Virus record (IMG/VR): IMGVR_UViG_3300009703_004110
Coordinates: 133,298-197,297 of that record
Strand: one strand, 5' to 3'
Source of the DNA: a virus
DNA: 64,000 bases
Of the stretch, positions 1-9,414 are shown in pieces; positions within the stretch are counted from its first letter, which is position 1, and each line of letters begins with the position of its first letter. Position numbers and translations under genes: made by a program. A model generated the notes under the pieces. That model saw only the letters and a list, made by a program, of their open reading frames with translations. It ran no database searches and was not told where the DNA came from.

Positions 1-539
1 TCAACATCGTCAAACTGTGTACCAGATAGCTGACGACCACCGCCGGCACCTTGACTTAGTACAACTGCGTCTCCGCCTCTAATGGTTGATACAAATTCAA
101 CGTCAACACCACAGTCTTCTGTGATGATGTAGTCGTCAGAGCTATATGATCGTCCGACCTTGTTGAACCAGCAATTGTGGTATGTAGTGATAATAGCATC
201 ATCACCACTACCAGTAAACTGATCGATTACTACAATATCGAATGGAATTCTCTGCGCCTGTAGGTTTCTGAAACTTTTTGAGAAAGCCTCAGTAATACTC
301 AGGCCATCGAATGCTACTCTGTTGACAGTAAGGGTAATGTTAGTAGGGCTCTGAGGAACGATTTCTATTGTTCCGTCTGTACCAACTTCTGCAATTCTTT
401 TATTTGTTCTGCTTTGATCTTCTCCAAAAGACTGTACCGCACCGACTGGCTCGTTATTTACCATGATTATAATCTGGGTAGATAACGCAGTCCTTGTGGT
501 ACTGTCTAGAATTGATCCTGTTGCTGGATATGTTGGCAT
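1..539 (-). CDS. tail tube protein (runs off the left window edge)
   Basis: Not in ORF track. Manual translation from ATG at 539 (AGGAG upstream): MPTYPATGSILDSTTRTALSTQIIIMVNNEPVGAVQSF...EVGTDGTIEIVP...PFDIVVID...YHNCWF...YSSDDYIITE. Tube-like motif pattern, directly downstream of the sheath gene. Confidence 0.85.
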   Translation of the reverse strand, partial: MPTYPATGSILDSTTRTALSTQIIIMVNNEPVGAVQSFGEDQSRTNKRIAEVGTDGTIEIVPQSPTNITLTVNRVAFDGLSITEAFSKSFRNLQAQRIPFDIVVIDQFTGSGDDAIITTYHNCWFNKVGRSYSSDDYIITEDCGVDVEFVSTIRGGDAVVLSQGAGGGRQLSGTQFDDV

Positions 540-558
540 TTTTTAATTAACTCCTAGA

Positions 559-3500
559 TTATCCGAAAGATGATACGCCTACTTCAATGTCAATGAAGAC
601 GTAGTTTATTGGGTAAGCAGGCTGGAATCTTACAAACACATTCCATTGTCTTGGGTCGACCTTGTCTCTTTCTACTCTTACATTACTAAAATTAGTAATT
701 AGTCCTTGAGAAAGTAACGCGGACATAAGTGCGATTACTCTAGAGGTTAATACCGCTTGAGTATTTTCATCTTCGACCGTACCGATGAATGGCTTCATTC
801 CAGCTCTAAGAGCCTTCTTTGCAGCATCTCGGATGAACATAACTGAAATTTCTTCGTCCTCTACGAATCCAGACTGACTAGTAGTTCTTCCGGCAAGAAC
901 TCGGCCTCCACCAATTACCGGCTGCAGAACAGTTGCTCCAACATTTCCAAGAGAATTAAGGGTTATTTGCTTCAGCCTCTTATCTCTTAAGATTGAGAAT
1001 CCCTGAAGAACCTTGTTAGTAAGTGGAAGTGCAACATTCTGATGACCAGAGAACCATCCGCCGGCACAAGCCGCTAGGTAGAATCCGTCAATGAATACAT
1101 TCGTTCCATTAATATTTCTTACAATTTGGTCAGGCCAGAAGTACATTGAACGCTTACTTGTGAAGTTATCGCTTAGTTTAAAGTTAACAAGGTCCTCGAC
1201 ATTGCCATCCAAAACTTCTTCTGGATCATCGCCCTGAATTCCTTCAAGAACTCCAATGTCTTCGACAGCAACTTCTTCTGTTCCAATCAGCGCTGCTGGA
1301 GTAACACCCTGCTGAGCGCCGAAGAAAGCATAGCGCTCCTTCTGAATAGCGATGGTACTCATATTTTCAGCGTGTGTCACAGCCGCTCTAAAGATACCGC
1401 TTCTGTTCTGAAGAGGCAGAGGAACTACAATTTCGCAGTCCGCAGCCTCAAGCGCCTCATAGGCGTTGAACCAATTAGTATCGAAGAAGTCTGCGTCTAG
1501 CTGATCGATATAAGAAATCTTGATACCGTCACCTTCTTGTAAAGTTCCGTTATCAACCAAGTCTTTATGTAGAAGTAGTGCAGCTCTTACATCTGTAGTG
1601 TTAGATTCGTCTTTAACAAAATATTGTACATCAAATCCATTACCAGTCATTGCGGTTAAGGATCCGTCGTTAGACACTACCACTACTGTACTATCGTCAG
1701 TTACTGAAGAGATTACCAATTCAACACCAGGAGTTGTAGACCCGAAGAGTTGAGTACTAATGTCATTATCTGTAGTAGAAATAGTTCCAGAAGAATTTTC
1801 TAGACTTTGAACAACGATAATCCTACCTACGTCATCTGCATCAAAGTCAACTTCTGCAGTAGTGAAGGTACTGTCGGTAGCATTTAGCTCGCCGTTAAAA
1901 CCTTGTCCTGTAATTTCGAAGTTAGTATTGATAATGGTGTAGGAGAATGATGTGTCGCTACTTGATATAAAAGCAGTTTGGCCAACAGCGTTCTCATACT
2001 GAGAGTTGTAGAAAGCTGTCTTGTTAGGGAAGATTTGAGTCTCTACCTCGTCTCTAACTACAAAGATATTAACTTGTGTATCTCCATCAGGCTTCGCTGC
2101 CTTAAGTCCTTCTCTTGGAATAGGAATGATGAACAATAGATCATCAACTTCGCAATCATCAGCATTTCCACCGCAAGCTGTAAACCCGCCATCACCGTTG
2201 CTATCTACTTCTTCTAGTAGAGTTACAGTGGTTCTTGCAGAAATTGGGGGCTTAGCCTGTAGTGCAAGAACGCCCGGGGCGCCATTCTCAAAGACTAACT
2301 GAGAGCCTAGAGATAGAGTATTTGTTAAGCTTGGAGCACCATGCTTATCAAAAAGAGATGCTGCAGAGGTAAAGAACTCTGGATCGTCAATATCAATTAA
2401 GTCGATATATCTGATCTTAAGCTCGTCGCCTACATCAAGAACTCTAGACTTAACATCTATGAAGAACTTGTCTCCAACTTCAAATGGCACTGCGCCCTCT
2501 TGAATTCCGAAAAGTAGGATTCCGTTACTCTCTAATAGATGCCAGGTAAGTCCAATTTCGGCTAGGCCGTCACTGTTATCATCCTGCAATCCTGCTGGGA
2601 AAGCTACTGTAGCGTCACCAAGCTTCTGAACTCTCAACCTTCTGGTCGAAGTTACCGCTGTAATTTCGTATTTACCAGTGCTATCTCCGCTGCAAATCAT
2701 CAAGACCTTACCAACGTCTCCTCCGGTGAAGCTACCTTCTCCGGATGGGGCGCCAGTTAGACCATTGTGACTGACAGTTGGGTCATCGATGAATAAATCA
2801 GTTGCTCTAATGTCCCATGAGAAGTCATCAGCACCAGCGTCAAGGCTGTCACTTATTAAGGTAATGGTTGTTTTTGTAGTGTCTGAATCGTATGCAAGCT
2901 CTGTAATTTCAATGCCAACATAACCGTCTACACATAAGAAGTCACCAGGTACAACCTGTCCTTGATCGACCAAGTCTCCGTCAATTGAGAATTGATCAGT
3001 TGTATCTTTTGTAGAGTCTCCAACCTTACGAACTGCATTTCCTACTCCGAAATCTGCATCAGAAGCTACAATAAAGCCGTCTGTACACTCATCATCGTTA
3101 CCGGAAACTGCTCCATTGGAGCTTGTTAGATAAGCGCTATGAAAGATAATTGGCTGATTTGCTGCATCGCGAACCTGTCCAGATGATGATCCGGTCAAGG
3201 TAAACGTAGCTTTGCCAGGAACAGGATCTCCATTGGAATCTCTAATGACACCAATGCATCTCACAGTCCATCTTTCTGCTGGTGCGGAATCGTCAATCAC
3301 AGATATGGTATCAAAGAGGCCGCATGTAGTGTCAATGATTGTTCCTGTACCAACGTTCAAAGAACTGGCAGAGTACTTCTTTCCGTCTTGATCTCCGACA
3401 CTTGCGCCCTGAAGCTCTAAGCATCCTGTGGTTGTATCTAATCGATAATCGAACTGACCATCAAAGCTATTTGCATCGATGTTGTCTTCTGTACCAAATA

Positions 3501-3780
3501 GTAAGTTCTCGTTAACGTAAACTTCCGTACGTCCGCTTACGATTGATGTAGCCTTTGTATCAAAGAAGCGTCCGCCAGCAACATCTGTAGGGCTGCAGTC
3601 ATCGTCACCATCTGCGCCACCACCTACAGCGGATGCGATTAAAGTGCGCTCCTTAAGACCCTCACCAATCACACAGACAATACGGGTACCGCCAGGAATA
3701 GACACACCCTGAGAGATAACTCTATCTCTTGCGAATACTCCTGGCTGAACGTAGCCTGAAATTCCTGGGATATTAGCCAT
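559..3780 (-). CDS. contractile tail sheath protein with large inserted domains
   Basis: N-terminal YVQPGVF; C-terminal sheath core (LTNKVLQGF, EEISVMFIRD, FQPAYPINYVFI); precedes the tube gene. Confidence 0.9.
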   Translation of the reverse strand: MANIPGISGYVQPGVFARDRVISQGVSIPGGTRIVCVIGEGLKERTLIASAVGGGADGDDDCSPTDVAGGRFFDTKATSIVSGRTEVYVNENLLFGTEDNIDANSFDGQFDYRLDTTTGCLELQGASVGDQDGKKYSASSLNVGTGTIIDTTCGLFDTISVIDDSAPAERWTVRCIGVIRDSNGDPVPGKATFTLTGSSSGQVRDAANQPIIFHSAYLTSSNGAVSGNDDECTDGFIVASDADFGVGNAVRKVGDSTKDTTDQFSIDGDLVDQGQVVPGDFLCVDGYVGIEITELAYDSDTTKTTITLISDSLDAGADDFSWDIRATDLFIDDPTVSHNGLTGAPSGEGSFTGGDVGKVLMICSGDSTGKYEITAVTSTRRLRVQKLGDATVAFPAGLQDDNSDGLAEIGLTWHLLESNGILLFGIQEGAVPFEVGDKFFIDVKSRVLDVGDELKIRYIDLIDIDDPEFFTSAASLFDKHGAPSLTNTLSLGSQLVFENGAPGVLALQAKPPISARTTVTLLEEVDSNGDGGFTACGGNADDCEVDDLLFIIPIPREGLKAAKPDGDTQVNIFVVRDEVETQIFPNKTAFYNSQYENAVGQTAFISSSDTSFSYTIINTNFEITGQGFNGELNATDSTFTTAEVDFDADDVGRIIVVQSLENSSGTISTTDNDISTQLFGSTTPGVELVISSVTDDSTVVVVSNDGSLTAMTGNGFDVQYFVKDESNTTDVRAALLLHKDLVDNGTLQEGDGIKISYIDQLDADFFDTNWFNAYEALEAADCEIVVPLPLQNRSGIFRAAVTHAENMSTIAIQKERYAFFGAQQGVTPAALIGTEEVAVEDIGVLEGIQGDDPEEVLDGNVEDLVNFKLSDNFTSKRSMYFWPDQIVRNINGTNVFIDGFYLAACAGGWFSGHQNVALPLTNKVLQGFSILRDKRLKQITLNSLGNVGATVLQPVIGGGRVLAGRTTSQSGFVEDEEISVMFIRDAAKKALRAGMKPFIGTVEDENTQAVLTSRVIALMSALLSQGLITNFSNVRVERDKVDPRQWNVFVRFQPAYPINYVFIDIEVGVSSFG

Positions 3781-3833
3781 TGATGTTCCTCCAAAGTATA
3801 AATAAACTCATTTCATTCTCTTATATTAGTAGT

Positions 3834-4646
3834 TTAAGATATATCAGCAATTTCCAAAATATCATCGTATTTTAATGCTATAGCAGTAGACGTAGAACCG
3901 AAATTTGGTATAGGGGTTAAAACAGAATCAAAGTAGAAAAGCATTTTCTCAATTACATTATCAATAGGTATTTCGACTCTCCACTCGGAATAAGTCGAAA
4001 TACTTATTGTCTGGTTGTATACATAGTCATTAGCATATGCCTCGGCATTTTCGCCACCAATTGATAGGCTTTGAATAAACAATCCATTGGCTCGCAGTTC
4101 ATTCCATGCTACATATTGAAGCATCATGGTGACTGTGTCGACTAACTCTTCCAGCTCAGACTGGCTTTCAGAGTAGATATTAATTTCAAAATTCATGCTC
4201 CACGCACCAGCATAAACACGATGAGAGGGAGTTAGTGTCTCTGATATTAAACCAAAGGAACTCTCCTCCACATCTTTTCTATATTTGTATGTAGCATTTT
4301 GATTAAAAGATATCGGCTTATATTGTCCGCCGGCATTTTTAATCACGATGGCTGGATAGAACTTAACTTCATATCTGAATATATCACTGATTAAGATCTT
4401 TGTAGTTTCTTCTGAATCTATTTCTATTCCAGTAAGGTCTCTAGTTTTAGGAAAACCATATTCGTCCATTCTATATGTAAAGATATTGTCACGAGCGAAA
4501 TGTTTTCTAAGTGTGTCAATTAAAAGATTTTTTGGCTGAACGATACAAACTTGCTGAATGATCGCATTATCATCATAAAAGTTAGAATAAACTCTATGGT
4601 CACCATTAAATCCTGTTCCAGGGGTCGCTTGGCTATCAATAGGCAT
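3834..4646 (-). CDS. putative tail terminator / tail completion protein
   Basis: Upstream of sheath; YPAIVIK and FEINIYSESQSELEELVD pattern typical of tail-terminator folds. Confidence 0.6.
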   Translation of the reverse strand: MPIDSQATPGTGFNGDHRVYSNFYDDNAIIQQVCIVQPKNLLIDTLRKHFARDNIFTYRMDEYGFPKTRDLTGIEIDSEETTKILISDIFRYEVKFYPAIVIKNAGGQYKPISFNQNATYKYRKDVEESSFGLISETLTPSHRVYAGAWSMNFEINIYSESQSELEELVDTVTMMLQYVAWNELRANGLFIQSLSIGGENAEAYANDYVYNQTISISTYSEWRVEIPIDNVIEKMLFYFDSVLTPIPNFGSTSTAIALKYDDILEIADIS

Positions 4647-4945
4647 TATAATAATCCATTATTTTTATGTTCTATAATATGACATTCATGACATAAAGTA
4701 ATTCCATTATCAAGATTAAACATAAGATCTCTGTGCTTAGGCTTTGATAGAATATAATGCGCATGTAGCTCATTCCTTAAATGAGTAACGTTACACTTTT
4801 GACAAATATAGTTATCTCGCTCCCTCACTTCTTTAGACCACTTTGATAATTTATAAGAATTCTTATAAACAGGATTAGATATACCACAATCTTTACATAT
4901 CTTTTCCATACTTGCGCCCGGTAGATTTTGTACATCTATTCCCAT
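4646..4945 (-). CDS. HNH homing endonuclease, possibly degenerate
   Basis: VRERDNYICQKC...LHAHYI...NLDNGITLCHECH; the usual HH is HY. Confidence 0.8.
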   Translation of the reverse strand: MGIDVQNLPGASMEKICKDCGISNPVYKNSYKLSKWSKEVRERDNYICQKCNVTHLRNELHAHYILSKPKHRDLMFNLDNGITLCHECHIIEHKNNGLL

Positions 4946-4952
4946 AGTTTAG

Positions 4953-5294
4953 TTACCTCATGTGTAAAGGCAGATATATGCTCTCCTCTACTTCTTTTGC
5001 CTGGTTACAAAAGTGTTTTATATTAGTAATATATCGATCAAGTTCCGCTCTATCTTTAAAAGCCTCTTTATTAATAACTACTGTCTTTCTAATTACAAGT
5101 TCTGCAACAATTTCATCAGAAGATACACCGGCCTCTTTACCGGCAATTATTTCAATACAATGATTATCAGACAAAACCTTAGTATCTTTTAAATTAAGTT
5201 CTTTACATATATATTCTGAAATATTATTAATCGTTTTATCAAACTCAGAAGTTCTTTCATCTTTTTCTTGGTGTATTTTAACAGCTAACATCAT
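4953..5294 (-). CDS. hypothetical protein
   Basis: 113 aa ORF overlapping the stop of the upstream gene. Confidence 0.6.
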   Translation of the reverse strand: MMLAVKIHQEKDERTSEFDKTINNISEYICKELNLKDTKVLSDNHCIEIIAGKEAGVSSDEIVAELVIRKTVVINKEAFKDRAELDRYITNIKHFCNQAKEVEESIYLPLHMR

Positions 5295-5797
5295 GTCACC
5301 TCATATTCTTTTGTTCTTTCATTCAATTCAACCGTGCGGTTAATTGGTTTAAACTTTCTATTACCAAAATGGTGATTATACTCAACCCCGTATTTACCTG
5401 GAGGGAGTCTTACGCTCCAGTGTCCATCGTTATTGGAAACCTTTTCTTTAATAACTTCACCAGTTTCATTATAAACAGTAATATTAACACCTTTTATTGG
5501 TGAATTGTTTTTACTAAAAATATATCCAAATAATTTAATATCACCAATAACTAACCCTTTATTTCGTGCAGGCACCAGAGATGGCCCTGGAGCAGATGCC
5601 GATGGTGTCTTTGCTACTGCTGCCGCTGATGGTCTGGTGCTAACCCCTCCCTCTATTTTTTTTGACAACTTAGAAACTTTATTATTCAGATTTTTAATAT
5701 TACTATCAATCACAACTAAATACTTTTCAATAGTTTCAAGTCTTTCTGAGATAGCGAAGATTTCATCTATCGCTGACTTTGCTTTCTCTTCTGACAT
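5291..5797 (-). CDS. coiled-coil plus carboxypeptidase-regulatory-like (Ig/transthyretin-like) domain protein
   Basis: N-terminal heptads, Ala/Pro linker, C-terminal PIKGVNITV...SNNDGHWSVRLPPGKYGVEY. Confidence 0.6.
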   Translation of the reverse strand: MSEEKAKSAIDEIFAISERLETIEKYLVVIDSNIKNLNNKVSKLSKKIEGGVSTRPSAAAVAKTPSASAPGPSLVPARNKGLVIGDIKLFGYIFSKNNSPIKGVNITVYNETGEVIKEKVSNNDGHWSVRLPPGKYGVEYNHHFGNRKFKPINRTVELNERTKEYEVT

Positions 5798-5805
5798 ATT
5801 TACTC

Positions 5806-8800
5806 CTAACTTAGACTAACAGCATTGCTATTCTCAATGACTCCTTCCATTGTCGGGGCTGTTGGGAATTCTATAATTTCGAATCCATCTTCAAGTTCCG
5901 CCGGAGACATATTGGTGGCTATATTATTGGACACCACAACGTTTCTAAATGTGCCGCTGGCAGAGTTAGAAAAAATAATCCCTCCGAATTCCAGACCCAT
6001 TCTGTCGAGCCTGCACCCCGTTACAATCAAGTTACCCATAGTTATGCTACTAGTGGGAGTAAAATCGTTCTCATCTGTTTGTCCTACAGCTATTGCGTAT
6101 TCACCTATTAAATCACTATCAGCCCCAGTTCCGAACTGTATGTCCTCTGGCCCCAAAAAGTTAACGTTCTGAACTCTAAAGGTCGCGACCTGACTAGCAG
6201 ACTCGCCTGATTTAATAAGTGGATGAGTAATCGATATCACACAGCCAACCGCCTCTAAATCTTCTGAAGACTCATAAGTGAAATTTTCAAAAGTGACTCC
6301 ATTGAAAATTCTGTCTGAGCCTGTTTCAGATGTTTTACCAACCAAGAAGAGCGCATCACCAAAGTCTACATTGCCAGATACGGGAGGAGTACCCTCTGCA
6401 AATGCCCCAGAACGCTTCAGGACAGTGTCAGGACCTGCTCCACAAATCTTAACATCAAAGTCTACTATAATGGTGCTGGATATTTCAAAATCCCCCTGTT
6501 CAATATATACTATGGGAGTTCCTTGGTTTGGATACATTTCAGTAAATTTACCAGCATATGCAATTGCTGAACTTATGCTGGTAAAGTGTCCGAAGTTTTG
6601 AGTTTTTGAGACAACAATCTTTCCAGACTTTAGATCTATCCGATCAATGAAATGTCTTAAGTCAACTATTGTTGATTCTGAGGCGTCTATAAATCCTAAG
6701 TATGCCAACTCTTGATCTGCAAATGGCGCAATTTGATCGGTATAACCATCGGTATAACCGTCAGGATTTGTAATTTGGTTACCTGTTGCGATGCATCCGA
6801 AGGCATCTACAGCCAAGTAAAAGTCCGAACCAGAGTTGATTCGGAAGGCAGAAAATCCAGATATCTCATATCTAATGCCATTAACATATGCTACACCTGC
6901 ATCGATATCGACTTCCTGATAATAAATGATATCACCAGATCCATCTGTTTCACCACTATCTATTAAGTTTACATTTGAAAGACCCAGACCTCTAACAATT
7001 CCGTGAGATCTAAGCTCGTTTCTGGGACCCTGGATATATTTCTCTAGCAATGATTCGCTAACTATAGTTTCATCAACAGTTCCGCTACTTCTTTTATCAA
7101 TAACCGATGGAACTCCAACACCAGTATAAGCTCCGAGAACTCTACCAAGTGACGTTGAGAAAGTGCCTCTGCATACTCTATAGTTGTTTAAAGCAATCTC
7201 GTCAAAGCCGTATAGATCTACTGTCTGTGCCACAGCGGGAAGACCGGTACTGTGAACCGAAAGAGTCACATAAGATAGCCCATCATTAGCGAGAAGCCTA
7301 TAGACACCAGACTGCCCGACGTAGATAGAGGCACCGTCAGCTAGGTTTGGATCTGTTAGAGATGCAAATCCAAGTGTATCTACATTGACCGTTGCCTTCT
7401 CCCCGTCTACTACAAACCCTCTTGATACGTCAATAATTGCAGCTTGGAATCCGCCGCTAGAGACTGTTCCATCAATCTCCATTCTCTTATAATATTGAAC
7501 ATCTTTTTCTTCAGTTATAAAAACATCAATCAGGATAGAGCCATCAACTGAAACAATCTCTGTAAAGTCAAGTTCTTCAATTGGAGCGGAGCATCTTATG
7601 ATATATATTATGCCAGTATCCGCTGGGAGCGCCCCAACAAGGCTGAGGGTAGAGCTATCAAGCGTGACTATGCTTCCGCTGACATCAGAGACGCGATATG
7701 TTCCATCATCATCTGATTCTTCCGAACCAGTGATAACCAGAAGGTCCCCGATTCTTACGCCTTTTTCTGTAAAAGTGCCTGAGAACAAAGAGATAGTATT
7801 TGTTTCTGATATAATTTCTACATCAGCTGATGAAAATTCTAATACGCCACCAAAGGTGTCTAGGATTAGTCCGTTAATATGATATGAGTTTCCGGCCTCT
7901 CCTTCTTTGGTTATATCTAAAACTAAGTCAAGTCCAAGTTCTGAGGCGCCATCATCAGAGGAGCCCTCTTTGACTTCCAAAGTTCTATTTACTACATCTC
8001 CTCCAATATTTGGAAGAATGTGCGTTAATGCCATTTCATAACAATTATTTGATCTAATTTTATAGGCTAAGAAATTCAGATTTTGGTCGACTGCTTGTTC
8101 GTTAATCTTATTGACAATAGATTCAATAGACTGGGTAGTCGCATTTGAATCAAAGGTTTCAATCGTTACTACTGTTCCGCCGTCAATTGAGATATCAAAA
8201 GTATCTGTGCCGTCTACAATTTTAGAAGGTTGAATTCCAGTGGTTATAACTGTGGCTGCATCCGGATTTGCCACGATAATATCCGGTGTGTTGGTCTTAT
8301 CAAAACGTGGCCTTGGCGTAGCATTCAATCCGTTAGCGTTATAGGTTACATAAATGTTCTTCGAAATAGAAGCAGTTAGTCCAGTTGTAGACTCACCTAA
8401 AGGTGCGCCAAATACTACAACTGTAACAAGATCAGAGCCACTATAGATTAATTCAGCAATCTGATAACTCTTGTTATCATTATCAGTATCAGATCCGGCA
8501 AGAATTAAATAGTCAAAATTTGAGATAGGGTCTAGCGGCGTCTGAGCATTTTCAAAAGAGAATCTAGTCCTAGAGCCTTCTTTGGCATATGTAACAGTCG
8601 CAGCCTCAATTAATACGCTTCCAGTACCGTTATCTTCGTAGTCGTCTACTATAGAGCCCGTGCGTATTCTTCCATTCGATGCAATATTAAGGGTGGTATT
8701 TCTAAGACCGACACTTCCAATGTTCGCAAGATCCTCAATAGCACCCTGCACGTCATCTTGAAAGATTACGTCCTCTACCTCTTCAGTATCAAAATAAATT

Positions 8801-9414
8801 TGGTCAGCGGAATGAGAATTATTTCCAGATAAAACATTGCCACTGAAATTAATATGGCCATTAACAATATCCTCTATTACGTTCTGTAAGTTATCATCAG
8901 AACCTAGTGAATTAAACGACGTAGAACTCTCATCTAGATCTGCCTCAAGAACTGTTATAGCAACAGCATTATGTCGATCTATAGCGTCAGGATGTACGTG
9001 AGCAGAGATAGTAGCATTCAAAACTACAATTTGTGCAGCGAGTACATCAAGCTCTCCGCTTACAATTGATATTTCATCTTGCAGAACCTGGGTAGGAAAA
9101 TTTAGCCTTAGCTTTTTTTCCGCAATTGCAGCTACATTAGATACATCTGTATCAGTAATTGGTCCAGCTAAAACATTGGCCTTCGCCAAAGCCTCTTTCC
9201 TAATATTGCCTGTATCATCTAGAGAGGAGTTTAATCTTGTAGATACAGTATTACCAGCGACACCTTGCGGATTAATACCGAGAGTCTTCTCAATATTTAG
9301 AATGGCAGACCTTAGGCTGTTAATAACCTCTGAGCCAATTTCAGTTATATTGTCACGAACTGGTGGCAGCTCCTTCGAGGTATCTAACGATGTTGGATAT
9401 TTAGACTTCGCCAT
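5806..9414 (-). CDS. large virion structural protein (fibre/baseplate-associated, C-terminal beta-helix-like region); paralogue of 9414..13712
   Basis: Acidic beta-rich 1202 aa; FTSISSAI...IYIEQGDF...ICGAGPDTVL resembles a pectin-lyase-type beta-helix start; N-terminus closely similar to its neighbour. Confidence 0.65.
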   Translation of the reverse strand: MAKSKYPTSLDTSKELPPVRDNITEIGSEVINSLRSAILNIEKTLGINPQGVAGNTVSTRLNSSLDDTGNIRKEALAKANVLAGPITDTDVSNVAAIAEKKLRLNFPTQVLQDEISIVSGELDVLAAQIVVLNATISAHVHPDAIDRHNAVAITVLEADLDESSTSFNSLGSDDNLQNVIEDIVNGHINFSGNVLSGNNSHSADQIYFDTEEVEDVIFQDDVQGAIEDLANIGSVGLRNTTLNIASNGRIRTGSIVDDYEDNGTGSVLIEAATVTYAKEGSRTRFSFENAQTPLDPISNFDYLILAGSDTDNDNKSYQIAELIYSGSDLVTVVVFGAPLGESTTGLTASISKNIYVTYNANGLNATPRPRFDKTNTPDIIVANPDAATVITTGIQPSKIVDGTDTFDISIDGGTVVTIETFDSNATTQSIESIVNKINEQAVDQNLNFLAYKIRSNNCYEMALTHILPNIGGDVVNRTLEVKEGSSDDGASELGLDLVLDITKEGEAGNSYHINGLILDTFGGVLEFSSADVEIISETNTISLFSGTFTEKGVRIGDLLVITGSEESDDDGTYRVSDVSGSIVTLDSSTLSLVGALPADTGIIYIIRCSAPIEELDFTEIVSVDGSILIDVFITEEKDVQYYKRMEIDGTVSSGGFQAAIIDVSRGFVVDGEKATVNVDTLGFASLTDPNLADGASIYVGQSGVYRLLANDGLSYVTLSVHSTGLPAVAQTVDLYGFDEIALNNYRVCRGTFSTSLGRVLGAYTGVGVPSVIDKRSSGTVDETIVSESLLEKYIQGPRNELRSHGIVRGLGLSNVNLIDSGETDGSGDIIYYQEVDIDAGVAYVNGIRYEISGFSAFRINSGSDFYLAVDAFGCIATGNQITNPDGYTDGYTDQIAPFADQELAYLGFIDASESTIVDLRHFIDRIDLKSGKIVVSKTQNFGHFTSISSAIAYAGKFTEMYPNQGTPIVYIEQGDFEISSTIIVDFDVKICGAGPDTVLKRSGAFAEGTPPVSGNVDFGDALFLVGKTSETGSDRIFNGVTFENFTYESSEDLEAVGCVISITHPLIKSGESASQVATFRVQNVNFLGPEDIQFGTGADSDLIGEYAIAVGQTDENDFTPTSSITMGNLIVTGCRLDRMGLEFGGIIFSNSASGTFRNVVVSNNIATNMSPAELEDGFEIIEFPTAPTMEGVIENSNAVSLS

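Noticed and set aside
6735..6765. DGYTDGYTD repeat and other DGY triplets in sheath and neck proteins as a modification signal
   Set aside because: Too short and too few to separate from chance in Asp/Gly-rich proteins.
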